Shown here: positions 48,217 through 61,797 of the stretch, piece after piece
How positions within the stretch are numbered: position 1 is the first letter of the stretch
Layout: the number at the start of each line of letters is the position of its first letter
NCBI GenBank assembly: GCA_020891255.1
Contig: BQFW01000014.1
Location: 1,612,001 to 1,676,000 of the forward strand
Origin: Entomortierella parvispora E1425
Taxonomy: Eukaryota; Fungi; Mortierellomycota
Length of the DNA stretch: 64,000 bases
Direction of reading: 5' to 3'
The notes under the pieces: generated by a model
What the model was told of the DNA's origin: nothing
The model's input: the letters and a program-made list of their open reading frames with translations, nothing else
Databases searched by the model: none
Position numbers and translations under genes: made by a program

Positions 48217-50181
48217 TCACCAATCTTGGTCATAGTAAGTCTGCGGCATCGGTCCAAGCTCACTTTCCATCTCAATCGCATTCTGGTTCTCAAAGCCCAA
48301 ATTCTTGCTCATCGTCAAGGACATCATACCCATCTTTAGATTCTTGGTCGCCTTTGTCCTTCGCGACAAGTCTTCCAGTTGGTCCAACATCCTCCGGATC
48401 TCACTCTCATCCCCGCCCAACATCTCCCGGGTGATCCTCCCCGCTGCTGCATCCCTAAAGTTCAAGCCACGACTCTTCAGGATCAGCGAGCACGGGTTTT
48501 GTTCGTTCGCCAGCTTCAAATGCCTCGTCACTGCATCCTGACGCGCAAATCGACCCAGACACACAACACAGCTATGAGCCTTCTCCACCAGATGGCCCTT
48601 CCGATGTCGATCCCGATCGTGGATCCGAGCAAAGGACTTCGAGCACAGACCACAGCCGTGTGGTCGTTCTGTTTCGTGGGTGAGGCCATGGGATTTGAGG
48701 TTGAAGGGGCGAGAGAAGGTGCGCTGACAGTTGGGAATCTGGCAGACGAAACGGGCCTTGTTCTTCTTCATCGATGCCGGCGGAAACGATGAGGAGTAGG
48801 AGGAGTCGAGGGTGGTCTTGGTAAATGCAGACGTAGTGGATGCATTGCTGCCGAGAGGAATAGGGGCAGACCTACGGCCGTGTCTGTTTCCGTTTTTGTT
48901 CTTATGGAGAGAGGAAGAGGTGGCAGGGGACGATCGTGTGAGCGTCCTGGATTGGAAAGGGCCGGTGACGAGTTCCAACATTGGGCTTGCGGGTAATGAA
49001 GAAGCAGGAGAAGCTGATGAATAAGAGCAGTTGGATGAAAAGGATGATGGGAGCGATGCTGAGGATGGTGTATGTTGCCTCATTGCTAAAGCCTCGCGCC
49101 TTTGATGATAATACTCTTGGGCATTGGGTGGGGATGGGGGTGGTGGTGATGGGGCCATAAGGTCCATATCCAAGTCAAACGAGTCGACATTGCTCATCTC
49201 GGAGGAAGAGAGGTGTCGAGTGCAGCCGGTGCCGTTGTTCTGGGCCAATGGCGTGAGGTAGTCCAGTTGATGAAGCATGGGCGGAGCATGGTCTGAGGCT
49301 GGAAGAGTAGTAAAAATCAAAGGGCTGCTTGGTGTCGACGAGACGAAGGATTCTGCGCTGTTGACGCGTCTTAACAGGAGCTGCGGCGGTTGGAGATGAT
49401 GGGACGGGTGACAGACTATCGATCCTGGCGAGGAGTACCGGTTCTCGTGATTTGCTTGTGGTGTTACTGCATGTTCAGTTGGACTGGATGCGAGTGATAA
49501 GACCCTGTTCGTGGCCTCATGCATCATTTGCATGCACTGTTGCGAGTCGATATGTTGAGACGTGTCAGCGAGGGTATTAATTGCTGTGGTAACACCCGAC
49601 GAAGATTCAGTGGAAGGCGAAACAAAGTCAAAGAGAGCGAGTGGCTGGCAGTGGCGGCGCGGAGACGACTGTTGCGTCAACCCCAAGAGGTGCGCTGTAT
49701 ATGAAAGTGTATTCAGATCCTGGGTGTTCTGTTGTTGCTTTTCGCCATAGAGTAAGCTCTCTTCGTCTGATATGTCCATGGACCTTAATTCTGGAGGGGT
49801 TAACAGCCCATGCTGTTGCGATGGAGGTTCGGAAGAGGGATACGCGTGGCATCTGGCTTGGTTGTCCCGATCCTGGAGAGCACAGAGCCTCTGTTGATCA
49901 GGAACAGAGCCATGGTTCTCGACGGTGGGTTCGATCGACAGTTCTTCATACATCCAAGGCTCAGGCGTCCTCAATACGCGAGACCTTCCTGTCACAGTTG
50001 CAACTGCAAGGTTATTGTCCGAAACATCGGTGCTTCCAAATGGGAGCTGGAATTGTACTAACGCTTGTTGTGCCGCGGCGGTCGATGACGAGAAAGAATG
50101 GCCCGAGTGCAGGAATGTTGAGGCAGACATGACAGTTGATGACGGATCGTCTATAGCTCGCGATCTCCAAGATGGCTCCAT
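48217..50181 (-). CDS. C2H2 zinc-finger transcription factor, Crz1/CrzA-like finger array, single exon
   Basis: FVCQIPNCQRTFSRPFNLKSHGLTH-ETERPHGCGLCSKSFARIHDRDRHRKGH-LVEKAHSCVVCLGRFARQDAVTRH, after a long Ser/Pro-rich N-terminus. Confidence 0.85.
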   Translation of the reverse strand: MEPSWRSRAIDDPSSTVMSASTFLHSGHSFSSSTAAAQQALVQFQLPFGSTDVSDNNLAVATVTGRSRVLRTPEPWMYEELSIEPTVENHGSVPDQQRLCALQDRDNQARCHAYPSSEPPSQQHGLLTPPELRSMDISDEESLLYGEKQQQNTQDLNTLSYTAHLLGLTQQSSPRRHCQPLALFDFVSPSTESSSGVTTAINTLADTSQHIDSQQCMQMMHEATNRVLSLASSPTEHAVTPQANHENRYSSPGSIVCHPSHHLQPPQLLLRRVNSAESFVSSTPSSPLIFTTLPASDHAPPMLHQLDYLTPLAQNNGTGCTRHLSSSEMSNVDSFDLDMDLMAPSPPPPSPPNAQEYYHQRREALAMRQHTPSSASLPSSFSSNCSYSSASPASSLPASPMLELVTGPFQSRTLTRSSPATSSSLHKNKNGNRHGRRSAPIPLGSNASTTSAFTKTTLDSSYSSSFPPASMKKNKARFVCQIPNCQRTFSRPFNLKSHGLTHETERPHGCGLCSKSFARIHDRDRHRKGHLVEKAHSCVVCLGRFARQDAVTRHLKLANEQNPCSLILKSRGLNFRDAAAGRITREMLGGDESEIRRMLDQLEDLSRRTKATKNLKMGMMSLTMSKNLGFENQNAIEMESELGPMPQTYYDQDW

Positions 50182-51427
50182 TCTGTTGTTGAGACGACGA
50201 AGAGGCAACGGATGTGAAGTGAAAATGAGCTAAAAAGGAAGGTCTTTCTAACTGATATGCAGGGAGAAGTGGAGGAAATGAAAAGGAAATGAAAAAAAAA
50301 GAGATGGTTGACGTGCGCGTGGTTATGACCAAAAGAGAGAAAAAAAAACGGGTGTCTTTTTATGAAAGGACACTGACCTCGTCATTTCATTTTACTTTCT
50401 CGCTGAGCCTGTTTGCCGTGCCATGCATGAAAGCCCACCTACCTTCTTTGAACCTGACATGCCTCGCTTGAGTGTTTTCTCAATTAACGTTAACGTTGTA
50501 ACAAAAGCGCGCCTGCACGTATTCGAAACAGAGGCGCAAAAGTGGGCGTGTGTTTTTGTCGCACAATCGAAATACAGTTTATTTTCCTATTGTTTCCCTT
50601 GTGCTCGGACATGTCACAGGTTAGATAGCGCCTTTGAGAACAGGGATGATCAACCTGCCACCCTCTCGTTCTGATCTTCGCCCTCGTATTCATTTCAGCA
50701 CTCTAGTGGAGGGGCTTGGTTGAAGCAATTTCAAAAAAAAAGGCTCTTAAGTTTCGTGTGGAGAGAAAGAAGATAGCGAGGAAAGGAATGGGAGTAAAGG
50801 AAGAGAGAGCATCTTGACCCATCCTGCAAAGAAGCAAGAGCTTGAATGTTCTGTAGAGGTGAACACAGAAATAGCTATCATACATCGACTATGGATCGTT
50901 GGCCCTGTTTGAGATCACAAGGAGTCAGGCAAGGTGCTTTTCCTAAACCTACCCAGCCGCCTCCCTTAAAAGTCCTTGATACCGACCCGTGGTCAGACTA
51001 CTGTAGCCCCGAGCATATAGCCATTACCAGGGGGCGCCTACTCTTCCAATTGGTGGCGTCATGACGCAGTGGTATGAGAAGACGGGGATAATTAACGCAG
51101 TTAGGCCAGTCGCAGTCACATGCACCGACCTCTGCAAAAGGAAACACAAGAAAGGAAAAGTTGCGTCCAGCGAGGTCGCACTGTTTCCGGCCTTTTCGAT
51201 TTCCTTCGCTCGGCGTCCTTTTGGGCTCGGTCGCAGACACTTCACCAGCTCTAGTCTTTTCTCTGTCTTTCTTTGTTCTTCTCTCCTCGACTCGACAGGG
51301 ACGCATCCATTACCCTTTCCCTTCCTTCTCCTCCTCCTCCTTCTCCTTGCTTGCATTCCCCCCCTCGTCCTGCCATTTCGCACCCTCGCACAGAATAGAA
51401 TATTGGCCGCATAGTCGAATCTCTACA

Positions 51428-53865
51428 ATGTCTTCCAGCTCCGTACTCCGCATCGGATCCCGATGCACATCGACCACCTCCAGAACTTCTCTGAACCTTG
51501 CCTCGGGGTCGCTTGGTGTCCCTAGACGGTTCTCAGCCCTTGGAGCCAAGAGAGTGGGCCTACATGCCCCTCAGATCACCCAGACACTCAAGGGTGAGAA
51601 AGACACAGTTGTTTCTTTCCAACAAAACGCCAAATAATCCGATCCAGATCAGATCTTAATGCTTTTCTTGTTCGTGCTCCTTTCACCGGATCTGTAGGCT
51701 ACGGTCAAGCTGTCAGATGTGCACCTTCAGTCTTTGCTCAGCAGGTACGCATTATAACCTCTTCCGAGGTTCTCCATGATCTATGCTCAATTTATGACTC
51801 TTTGATCTGTTGCCTGGGAATGGAAATTGAGAGATCGTGCGACCGAGCCATCAACTTACCATGCCTCATATTACTTTCTCTTCTCCACAGCGTCATTTTC
51901 ATGCTTCAGGTATTGTTCATGGATCTAGGATGAACATGGCGTGGGCTTCAGTTGTGGATATACATAGGGCACTTGACAAAGGTCGCCTCCTTGAAAAACA
52001 GGAATCTCATCTATTTCCGTGTCATTGCGTGATATCATTCTCTCATTTTAGCCCCAACATCCGCTACCCAGCAAGATCCTTATACTTTGCTTGGAGTGAA
52101 GAAGAGTGCCTCGCAGTCCGAGATTAAGAAAGCATATTATCAGGTAAATACAAATCACAGAATTCCCACGGACGACTGTCAGGCAGAGGAGCCTTATCTG
52201 GCAAATGAGCGCATGGTTTCTTTATTTATCTAACGTGGACCATTTTGACTCTTCGTAGCTCGCTAAGCAGTACCATCCCGACACGAACAAGGACCCAGCA
52301 GCACGTGAAAAGTTTGTTCAGATCCAAGAGGCATACGAGATTCTTTCGGATGAACAAAAGAAGGCCCAATACGATGAGTTTGGCCATGCTGGTTTCAATG
52401 GTAAACTATCGACAGGGTCTTTTCGGGCTCTCTTGAGTTTTGCAGCGCAGGAGCAAAATGTTAAACAACTAGGGAGGATTATTAACATGGACCATTTTGG
52501 TCGTGTTTTTCTATTATTCAATTTTATTATAGGTAACTCCCCTCATGGAGCAGGAGGATTCCCTGGTGGATTCCCTGGTGGATTCCCTGGAGGAGCAGGG
52601 GGCTTTGGAAACTTTGAGGACGTGTTTGATTTCTTTGGTGGTGGATTCGGAGGTCCCCGTGGATCGCGCACGTCAGGATTCTCTAGCGTCGGGGAAGATC
52701 TGGAGGTAGGCAGCACGAAATCCCGATGACTTTGATAGTTTACGTGGTGGACTTATTTTCAATGTTACTAACCCAATTACGTTCGTCGTTCATTTCCTCC
52801 CCCCCGTGTAGGTGCCATTGGTGATTGACTTTATGGATGCAGTTAAGGGAGCGTCCAAAAGGGTGATTGTAGACCCTATCCGCACTTGTGACCCTTGTCA
52901 CGGATTCGGTACCAAGAGCGGAAAGGCGCCCGAGACTTGCAAAGTTTGTCACGGAACCGGTCAACAGCAGATTTCTCTTCAGGGATTCCACATGTCTACT
53001 CCATGCCAGGCTTGCGGTGGAGTCGGTACCAAGTTGCAACCGGGCAAGGAGTGCACTACTTGTGGAGGAGTGGGTCGCGTGCGTGTACACGAATCGGTGG
53101 ATGTTCACGTTCCTCCAGGTATAAAAACAACGGACAGAGTGCCACTTAGTATCTCCCCCGAAGTTTATTAACAGGAGATGAACCAGATCGACTGACTTTT
53201 TTTATTTCATTTTATTTCATTTTATTTCATTTTATTTTCTTTGATAATACTATGTAGGTGCTGACGAGGGTGTTCGTATTCGCTTGGGAGGCAAAGGTAA
53301 CGCACCAGTGCAAGGAGTGGGCAAGCCAGGAGATTTGTTTGTCCGTCTGAGGGTGAAGCCTTCACCCTTGTTCAAGCGTCAAGGAGCAGACGTATATACC
53401 GAGACTACGATCCCCTTCACGACGGCTGTTCTTGGAGGTAGCGTCAAGATTCCCACGGTCGATGGTGATGTGGAGCTCAAGGTGCCTTCGGGCACTCAGC
53501 CCAACGATGTGAGTCGATTGGCCAAGAGGGGTATCCAGCGTCTGAACAGATCTGATAAGGGAGATCAGTTTGTGACCCTCAAGGTTGCCCTGCCCAGATC
53601 TCTCTCCAAGACTCAGCGTGAGATCTTGGAAAAGTACGCAGAGGTGACCAACCCTGGATCAACTTCCTCCAAGTCTTCGTCTTCATCGTCCTCTTCCTCC
53701 TCCTCCTCGTCTTCGACCTCATCATCCGCAAGTTCTACAAAGGATACCAAGAAGGATGAGTCCTCAGGAGGATTCTTCAAGTCGACGTTCGATAGACTGA
53801 AGGACAAGTTGAATCACGACGACAAGAAGGATGATACCAAGAAGGACGATACCAAGAAGGAGTAA
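51428..53865 (+). CDS. MDJ1: Mitochondrial type I DnaJ chaperone, multi-exon
   Basis: Arg/Ser-rich presequence, [14 protein letters not shown] region ([14 protein letters not shown]), four CxxCxGxG motifs, and [10 protein letters not shown]...[13 protein letters not shown]-terminal domain. Confidence 0.92.
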
Positions 53866-54164
53866 ATTATGGAAAAAAAGTTTTGACATCCCTTCTCAAC
53901 AGGGGCAATCCTCACATCCAAAAAAAACAACAAAAAAAAAAAAAAAAAAAAAGCAAAAAAGTTAGAGCGCACAAAACGGAGAGAGAGGTGGACCCATCGG
54001 TGCCTGATTTCATCCGCGTGCAAAAAAACCATTTTCTGGCATTCTCATCTTCTCATAGTCATAATTAAACCTCGTCAAAGAGTGTTAAAAGGACGGACGG
54101 AATGCTGTGCTGAATATCTTCTTGGAAAAGATTGTATATTAAGAATTAAGAGTTTTAGTAAGAT

Positions 54165-56737
54165 CTACCAACTGCGATCTCCAGTATCGATGCCATTTTG
54201 TGCGAACCAGCCCATACTTGTATCGTGGTTCAGGGGATTGGATAATGACGCTGATGACGAAGAGACGCGGGGCTGAGGAGAGGGGTGTCGGACCTCCATT
54301 TCTGTCGCTCCTCCTTGCCGTGAAGATCCCGAAGAGTTTGTCCGCTGAAGGGTTGCGGGATGAAGTTGGTAGGGTGGAAGTGGACTGCGGTTACCAATAA
54401 AGTTGTCGTCATCCCCTCCTCTTTCCATGTCGCTCACGTCGTCATCATCATAGTCGTCCAGATAATCTGACTCTTCTGAATCTGTTCCATATTCCAAATG
54501 CGCATGAGGATGGGCATTCATTTGAAACGACGGAGACGTGGGCGATCGGGCCGCAGAATGGGTGCCTGACCGACCCTGCCGTCCTCCTTGCACCAATGCT
54601 TGGTCCTCTGCCACATCCTCCTCATCTCGATAGTTTTGATTCGTGAAAAGAGTCGCCCCTCCGACAAAATCTGATTCCATGGCTGCTCCAGCAGTATTAT
54701 GGCCGTGATGTTGCTGCATGCTGTTGAGCAGTTGATCTCCCGACCCTATCCTGGCCACCATCTGACTTTGATGGTGAAGATGGGAGCCATTGACGGCAGT
54801 TGCCACAGCGTTCGCATTGGCTCTGGCAAACAAACGACTCTGACGCATGCTCTCTCTCCTCTTACGACGCCTTTCGATCCGGATCCCTTCACTTGCCTCT
54901 ATCTCTCTCTTGGCCACCAACCAGACATAGGCTCCGACAGCGATGCCAAGGGTCATACTGATGACCATGACTACGATTTTGAGGTTCCTGCCATGCGAGT
55001 CTCCTTCTGTTCCTGGTAATGCTGTTTCTGGTGTGTTCTCTCCTTGATCTCCATCCATAGGAGGGAGTGATGGCAGCGCGGGTGGTAGCGCCGCAAGAGA
55101 TGAGAGTGTTGATCCAATGTAGACATGAAGCGCCAGCTTGGATAGTGACAATGCTGTGGCGAGAGTATATGTCGAAAGTGGAATATGGGTTGTGGAGAGA
55201 AGTGCATTCATAACGTTGAACGGATACGGTGCAAGGCGGATCAAGATCATCAACTAGACGAGTCCGAATTCGTTAAAATGGATCGCATTAGGCAGTGCAT
55301 TGTGATCATGCATCGGTCCATACGCAGCGAACAAGGCTCTTACCCTGAATCCTCTCTTTTCAACAGCCTTCACAACAGACTTCATGCTCGGTTTCTTGGC
55401 CATCAAGGCGCGGACCTGAACCTTGAACCACTTTCGACAGAGATAGAAGCAGGCAATGGATCCCAGCAGCGCCGACGTGTACGCGATGAACAGCCCAAAT
55501 TTGAATCCATACACGTAGCCTATGAGCCGATCCAATTGGCATGTTCAAATACGATTAGGGCTCTATCCTTGAGATGCAAATGTCTCCGCCTCTTTTGAGG
55601 CCAACAGCCTGTCTGTCGCCCTGCTGCTGTGCTCTCCCGCAGGAATTGCATCCTCGGAGTAGGTCTTATTATATTTGTTTCCCAGCAGGGAAATTTCTTT
55701 TCCTAAACGTGTCCACATGTCGCTCGGCGCCATTTCCATGTTGAGCAATAAGCGTTGGGCTGTCGCGCGAGTTCCCGCTCCTGCACCTGTTTCTAACCCA
55801 CTCTTCCTGCCTTCAAAGATGTTCTTACCAGACATGGTTACTAGAGAAGAGTACCCAAAGATGGGCGGGAATGCTGTGAAGAACAAACACACCATGATGA
55901 TCGGCGGTCCACTAAACAGAGAGAGGAGTAAAATGGGGAGCAAGAGATTAGACGTGTTTCTTGCTGATCTGCAGCTCTTCCCGGGACTTTCTCGATATCG
56001 GCCCCGACTAAATGGTTTTCCAAAGCCAGAAAGGAGTTTCATGAAATTGCAATGTAGCTTCACCGGTTGGTCTTTTTCCCAAGAGCTGAGAGTTTTACCG
56101 AGCTCGTTTTACGCCATCAAAAAACAATTTTTTTTTTTTTTTTTTTTTTTGCACAAGCCCACCCAAGCGGTTGTCAAAGTAACAAATCAAAGTGCTTTCC
56201 ACACAAGAAAACAATAACAAGAAACACATACGCTCGCCCAAGGTTCTTGATGAATGTTGCCATGGTCTCCAGGAGCTCAAAGATCCTTGTGTGGAACCCT
56301 GCAAAGACGGCCACTGAGACCATTGCAAACATGAACCAGAGTCCCACCCAAAACCATGGCCGGACCGGGGCTGGCAGTCGCGCTCGGATCCGGAGAAGGA
56401 TCGCTAGACCATATTGGATCACTCGCAAGGGAATCGCACTGAATCCCGTACCTGCGGCGGCGGCAGTCCCTGAAGAGGTAGAGGTAGAGGAAGAAGGGGA
56501 CGGAAGTGAGGGAGAGTTGGCAAGTGCCATGGCAGCGGCCGTTCCAGTCACTCCTCCCTGCGCAGTGTGGGCGGAAGTGGCTGTCGAGGGCCGGGCGGAG
56601 CGATGCCCGTGGCTAAGACTTTGGTTGCGGCTGTGGCTATGGCTTTGACGAGAAGGGGTGGTTGGACTGGTTGGGAGCAACGGAGATGCAGTCATGGTGC
56701 TACTGCTTCCACCAAGGATCGGAAGAGAGATGTTCAT
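54165..56737 (-). CDS. TVP38: Tvp38/TMEM64-type (VTT/DedA, SNARE-associated Golgi) membrane protein, multi-exon
   Basis: FTAFPPIFGYSSLVTM / GYVYGFKFGLFIAYTSALLGSIACFYLCRKW...AVEKRGFR / LMILIRLAPYPFNVMNALLSTTHI...KLALHVYIGSTL. Confidence 0.9.
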
Positions 56738-57747
56738 GTCTGCGAATGTCGAATCCTCGAGGGGAGAGAGAGAGAAAGAGGAGATTGTTGTCTCGTGGGG
56801 GGCGTTGGATTCGGTGTGTTATTCGTTGACGAATGACCAAAGGAGAGGAGAGAGAAGAAGAGATCGTGTGGTGCTGGTGTCAGTGCGCAAGAGTTGTTCG
56901 CTTCCTGGAATGAGAACACACTCGAGGGAGGAGAGGCAGTTGCCCAGATGGGAATGGAGGAATGGGGGGAAAACGAGAGGAGGGCGAGGGGGGACGGAAC
57001 AGCAAAGTAGACGAGATAGAAAGTGAGAGTGAAGAAGAATGACGAGAAGGAAAGAGGAAAGAGAAGAGAACAAAGGCCAGACAGACGAACACGTCTTACC
57101 AGCTGAAGAAAGAGAGAGAGCCGCGAGGACAGGGAGGACAGGCCACGAAGGTTCTTGTCATTGTCGACAGCGAGGGGTTCTTGTGCGACCAAGGTCTTTG
57201 GTCTGTTCTGCCCTGTCTCTCTCCATTGCCCTCCCCTGTTTCTCGGTGCAAGAGAAGGAAGGAGACGGGTCCCCTTCTGTTTCGTTTAGTCTGCGCGCAA
57301 CAGACAGATAGAGAGGCATGGCAGACGGAACAACTCCTGCGTCGACACGCACACAGGTCCCCGGATAGACCCATCTTTTCGCCCTCGCCCTCGCCCTCGC
57401 CCTTGCAGGGTTGTCTGTTCGAGACAGGACAGGATTTGAGAAGTGGTGAAGTAAAGTATTCTTTTTCCTCGGGCCAGCACTCTAGCGAGAGTAGAGAAGG
57501 ATGAAAGAGAGAGAACAGCAAAATGACAACAAGAGAGGAGAGGAGAGAAAGAGACGCGTCTGTCTGTTGTCCCTTGTCCCCCTTTCTCTACATGCACGCG
57601 TCGACAGAGCGCATAAAGGCAAAGATAGACCCTTAAGAACACCTCGCCATATGTTTTTGTGTCAATGCCAACCCTGATCACAATCAGACTTCATTCTTCC
57701 ATCCCTTCATCCCCCTTCATCCCCTCCATCCCCACCTTCCTCGCCTC

Positions 57748-60700
57748 ATGACGCTCGTCACGGAATTCAGGCCTGTCGCCCACGAGTTCTACCCCGAGGA
57801 CTACCATGGCGCCGCATTCGTTGGCGCAAAGGCCGCCGACGCATTGTGGTTTTATCGATTCGATGCCTCATTCATTGAAGTTCGCGATGTCTTTACGTGT
57901 CAGGACAAGGTCTTTGCCTCCCTCTCTACCTCAGACATCAAGCAGCGCTTCAAGAACCTTCTTCGCGGAGAGGAGGTAAGCGATTGAGAGAGGAGGATAC
58001 GACCTTCATGCATAACTCGTGCATCAAAGGTCCCGACGAGGTGTATCCATTGAAGCTCACCTTTCTTTACTTTACTGATAGATCCACATCGTTAATGTCC
58101 AGGACGCGTATGTGGGCGAATACCATACCCTCGTCTTTGTCGTCAGGGAAATGCAGGAAGACCGGGACCATGTCTTTATCTGGAATCTTTTGACCCTCCA
58201 TCTGCAGTTGCTTGTGTCTGCTCATCGTCTCTTAACCGCCGCGACCGTCACTGCCCAGCAAGCAATCATGGTGAGACATCGTTTAGTAAAGTCTTGGGGT
58301 AGCTTCAGCTCCTCCTCCTCCTCCTCGACGACCCATGCCAACCCGTCACTCGCAGGATCCTCCTCCTCCTTCTCCTTCTCTCCTCCTCCAACGCCTACAT
58401 ACCCCTCTCATCAATACACTGGACGACCACTAACCAGAAACGGATCTCATTCTCGATCATCGTTATCCCACCACGCACAGAAAAACAATGTCAGCAACAC
58501 GAACGGACCCGCGGGACGAGCCTCGACGTCTTCGATTGACCTGGACGATGATGAGGAGGAGATCCACCATCACGAGGACGAGGATTCTTCTCCAAGCAGA
58601 GTGAGCATCCAGGGAAACCGGAGGCAGCTTCTGGTGTTGGGTCATCGAAATGGATGGGTAACCATCTACAAGTTTACTGTCTCGTTGACAGGACAAGTGA
58701 CATGCGCTCAGGTAATCAAGAGCAATTTCGTTTCCCGGTGTATTTTATTTTGAGAAAGTGCAGTTGCAGAAGCTAACCAGACTTACCATTCTCTTCTTTC
58801 AGGACCCAGAGCACGAGATCTGTCTCCACAATGGATCGGTAGGTGCCACGATTTGGATTTTAATATGTACGAGGAATGGATAGCATCAATCTTTCGCGAC
58901 ATTAACAGACTATCTGCCATCCCGAAACATTAGGTCACTTCATTTGCCACCATGTCAAATCAGAGTGCTGGATCCATTCCCGTAATTGTCGCGGGTACAT
59001 CGGAAGGAAAAGTGTTTGTGATCAAATACGATGGCGCACAGGAGAGCCAGGGTCTTCAGGTTCTCATGGCACTGGAAGATTTGCATTCCAAGAACCTTCC
59101 CATCACCAGCATCACACTCGAGCCCACCAAGGATGAAGCTTTGGCCTTGTTAGCCGTAGGACAGGGATTTTTGCCCGGCGCACAGGATTGTGGCGAATGT
59201 CCGACAATTTCGATTTATTATCTTCGACTCCAGAAATCAGACTACCGACTTTTGGGCCATGTTCAGCCACCAATGATGGAAGGCGAGGTTGCGACAGGAG
59301 GAAAGACCCTTGCGGCTACCATCTCGGAAGATGCAAACGGACTTCGGATTCACTGCGCCTTTTCGATTCAGGTGGATGATGCCCCTTTGAGATCCAACTT
59401 GACCACAGTCCAGATCAACCATAAGGACGTACAAAAGTTGGATGTCGTCGAGATGACAGCCATCGAAGGAGGAACGCTTTTGGATATCAGTCCACTCACC
59501 AACTCTTACGAGCTTATGGTCCTTTATTTGAGCAAGCTTGTCAGCTACGTTCATGCGGCTGATATCGAATGGAACCGAAGAGAGTCTGAATGGGCCGAGG
59601 AGAGCAGCGCTGCCGCCACCGCTGCTCAGGAAAATCAGAGAGACTCGAGTTTGAACAGGGACTTGATACCTCAGTACGGCGATTACTTCCAGGACAGAGC
59701 CAAATTTGATTATAGCGACTCTGAGCTGGCAGAGATTGAGCAACGAAGAGGATTGTTGGGTGGCAAGCTGTTTTATGACCGACTTTTGGAATTCGTCGGT
59801 CTTGATGGTAAGATATCAGGAACTTCTATGAGCGCATCATGGTTGGAATGTGTCATCTTTTGCTGACTACTTTAACTTCCTTTTTCTGATTATTCCATAT
59901 CTAGTTGGCGTATTATACCCTCCCAGGAACCACGCCCAGCAAAAGAACCTCTGGACCAACATTTACTTTAATGGCGATCTGGGATCAGACAACCGCAATT
60001 GTCTGGCCTATTATTTACTCAAAAGCCAGCATGGGGATACAAGTGAGCAATTCCTGAAGGAGTTTATGATTCCATCAAAGTTTGTGGACCTCATGAACGG
60101 ATTCTGGGCATTGGATCACTTTGAGTTCAAGGTAATGGAGAACCTATGATTTATTTTTTTACTATGAAGGAAGGTTGTTAGTGAACTGTTGTTGACAAGT
60201 CCTGAATGAAATCTGTTTGGACTAGAACGCGGTGCTTTACTTGTCACGTCCAGGATTGACGGTGGACTGGATTGAGGAGGTTGTGGAGACGATTTTTGAG
60301 CATGGATCGCCCATATTAGCACGACAGTTCATTATCGCAGCCAACCTGGATTTGCAAACAGAAAAGTTTGTGCAATTGAAGATGAAGACATTGCTGGCCT
60401 CGGATTTCTCAGAGGCGTTTTATTTCCAAAGAGCCAAAAGAACATCGGATATCGCTGGACTGTACGAACGTTTATTCACCTCTTTGTTGGACTATTGCTT
60501 CCTTGGTAAGGAACAAGACTGTTCGACTCTATGATTCAACTGACAATGTTTTTTATAGAGAAGCGTGGCTAACATTTGAGTCTTTTCACCATTTTCTAAC
60601 CAGGTAAACCCAATCGGAAAGCCATCTCGGTACTCTCTTTGCTGACGCTTACAAGACAGGAGGAGGACATATTTGTTCGTTACTGTGAGGGGCACTCTGG

Positions 60701-61397
60701 ACTGACGAGAGAAATCGGTCAAGAATACTTGATCATGTACTATATCAACCACTCTCGCTACATGGAGGCTGTCCGGATGCACCGAAAGTTGTTGGCGGTC
60801 GAGATAGAGAAGGAGGATGCCGAGCAATTCCATCGGGATGCCATTGAGCGACGTAATTCTAGGCAACAGCAAAGCAGCCCGGGTACACATCAACAACAAC
60901 AATCTCAACAGCATCTGAACAAGAGCCAGAAGCGACAGCTCTTGATTGAGAACCTGTTGATGATCCTGCCAGAGACCCAACGCACCATCTTGGAACTGGA
61001 GCAGAAGCAAGTCCAAGAGTCGTCATTGAGTTCGCATGACAAACCTTTCTCGACCCTTGTCTCGCGTTCTACCGCGCAAGAGACAATTGCTCGGGATGAT
61101 ACTGTCAAGACAGGCAAAGGAGGTGCTCGGATGGATGTGGATCGTGTCGCCTCCCACGGAGACCATGCGGTCTTGATGTCGTTACTTCAAGTGACAGATG
61201 CGCCAAAGAAGAGTCTTCAAGGTCTGGATCTCGACTGGTTCCTCTTTGGGGATACGGGAGATGAAGACCATGGCTCAATGGAAGCCCCCAAAGAGTCACT
61301 AGAGACCACTGGCAGTGACAGCATAGACGCCCGTGCTAATGGATCCAAGGTGTCCGAGGTCGAGGTGACACTCATAGATGATGACGAAGATCTTTGA
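57748..61397 (+). CDS. ELYS: ELYS/MEL-28-like nucleoporin (beta-rich N-terminus + helical ELYS domain), 7 exons
   Basis: LYPPRN...CLAYYLLK...FLKEFMIPSKFVDLMNGFWALDH...AVLYL...DFSEAFYFQR...LLTLTRQEEDIFVRYC...YLIMYYINHSRYMEA. The N-terminal half has beta-strand-like segments (LLVLGHRNGWVTIYKF, IVAGTSEGKVFVIKY). Confidence 0.8.
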
Positions 61398-61797
61398 AGA
61401 AATTGAAATGCACCGGTAAAATAAAAGAACGACGGGAAATTGTTCCCAGCCCTATATCTATCATCCTTCAAAGCCCTTCCCTCTCTCCCATAACCTGTTT
61501 CGTACCTTTGTCCTACGTTCGCACTCCAAACCAAACCTATTGATGTGGTGTGTTTCCATTTTTTTTTCTTTTTTATTTACAAGAGTGTGCACAGATGTCA
61601 ATTGCTCTGTTTTTTTGTATTCTTCCCTCGAGCAAGGGGAAAGAAAAGAAAGAGAGGGAGGAAAGTCCGTTCTCTTTTTCTTTTCTTTCCAGTTCACCCC
61701 ACATAAACCTCTCCCTTTAAGGGGAGGAAGAGGAGGACTGAAGAACCGTTGGGACAATGCATTTTCACTGTTTTTTTTCTTCTTTTTGCCAGCCTCC

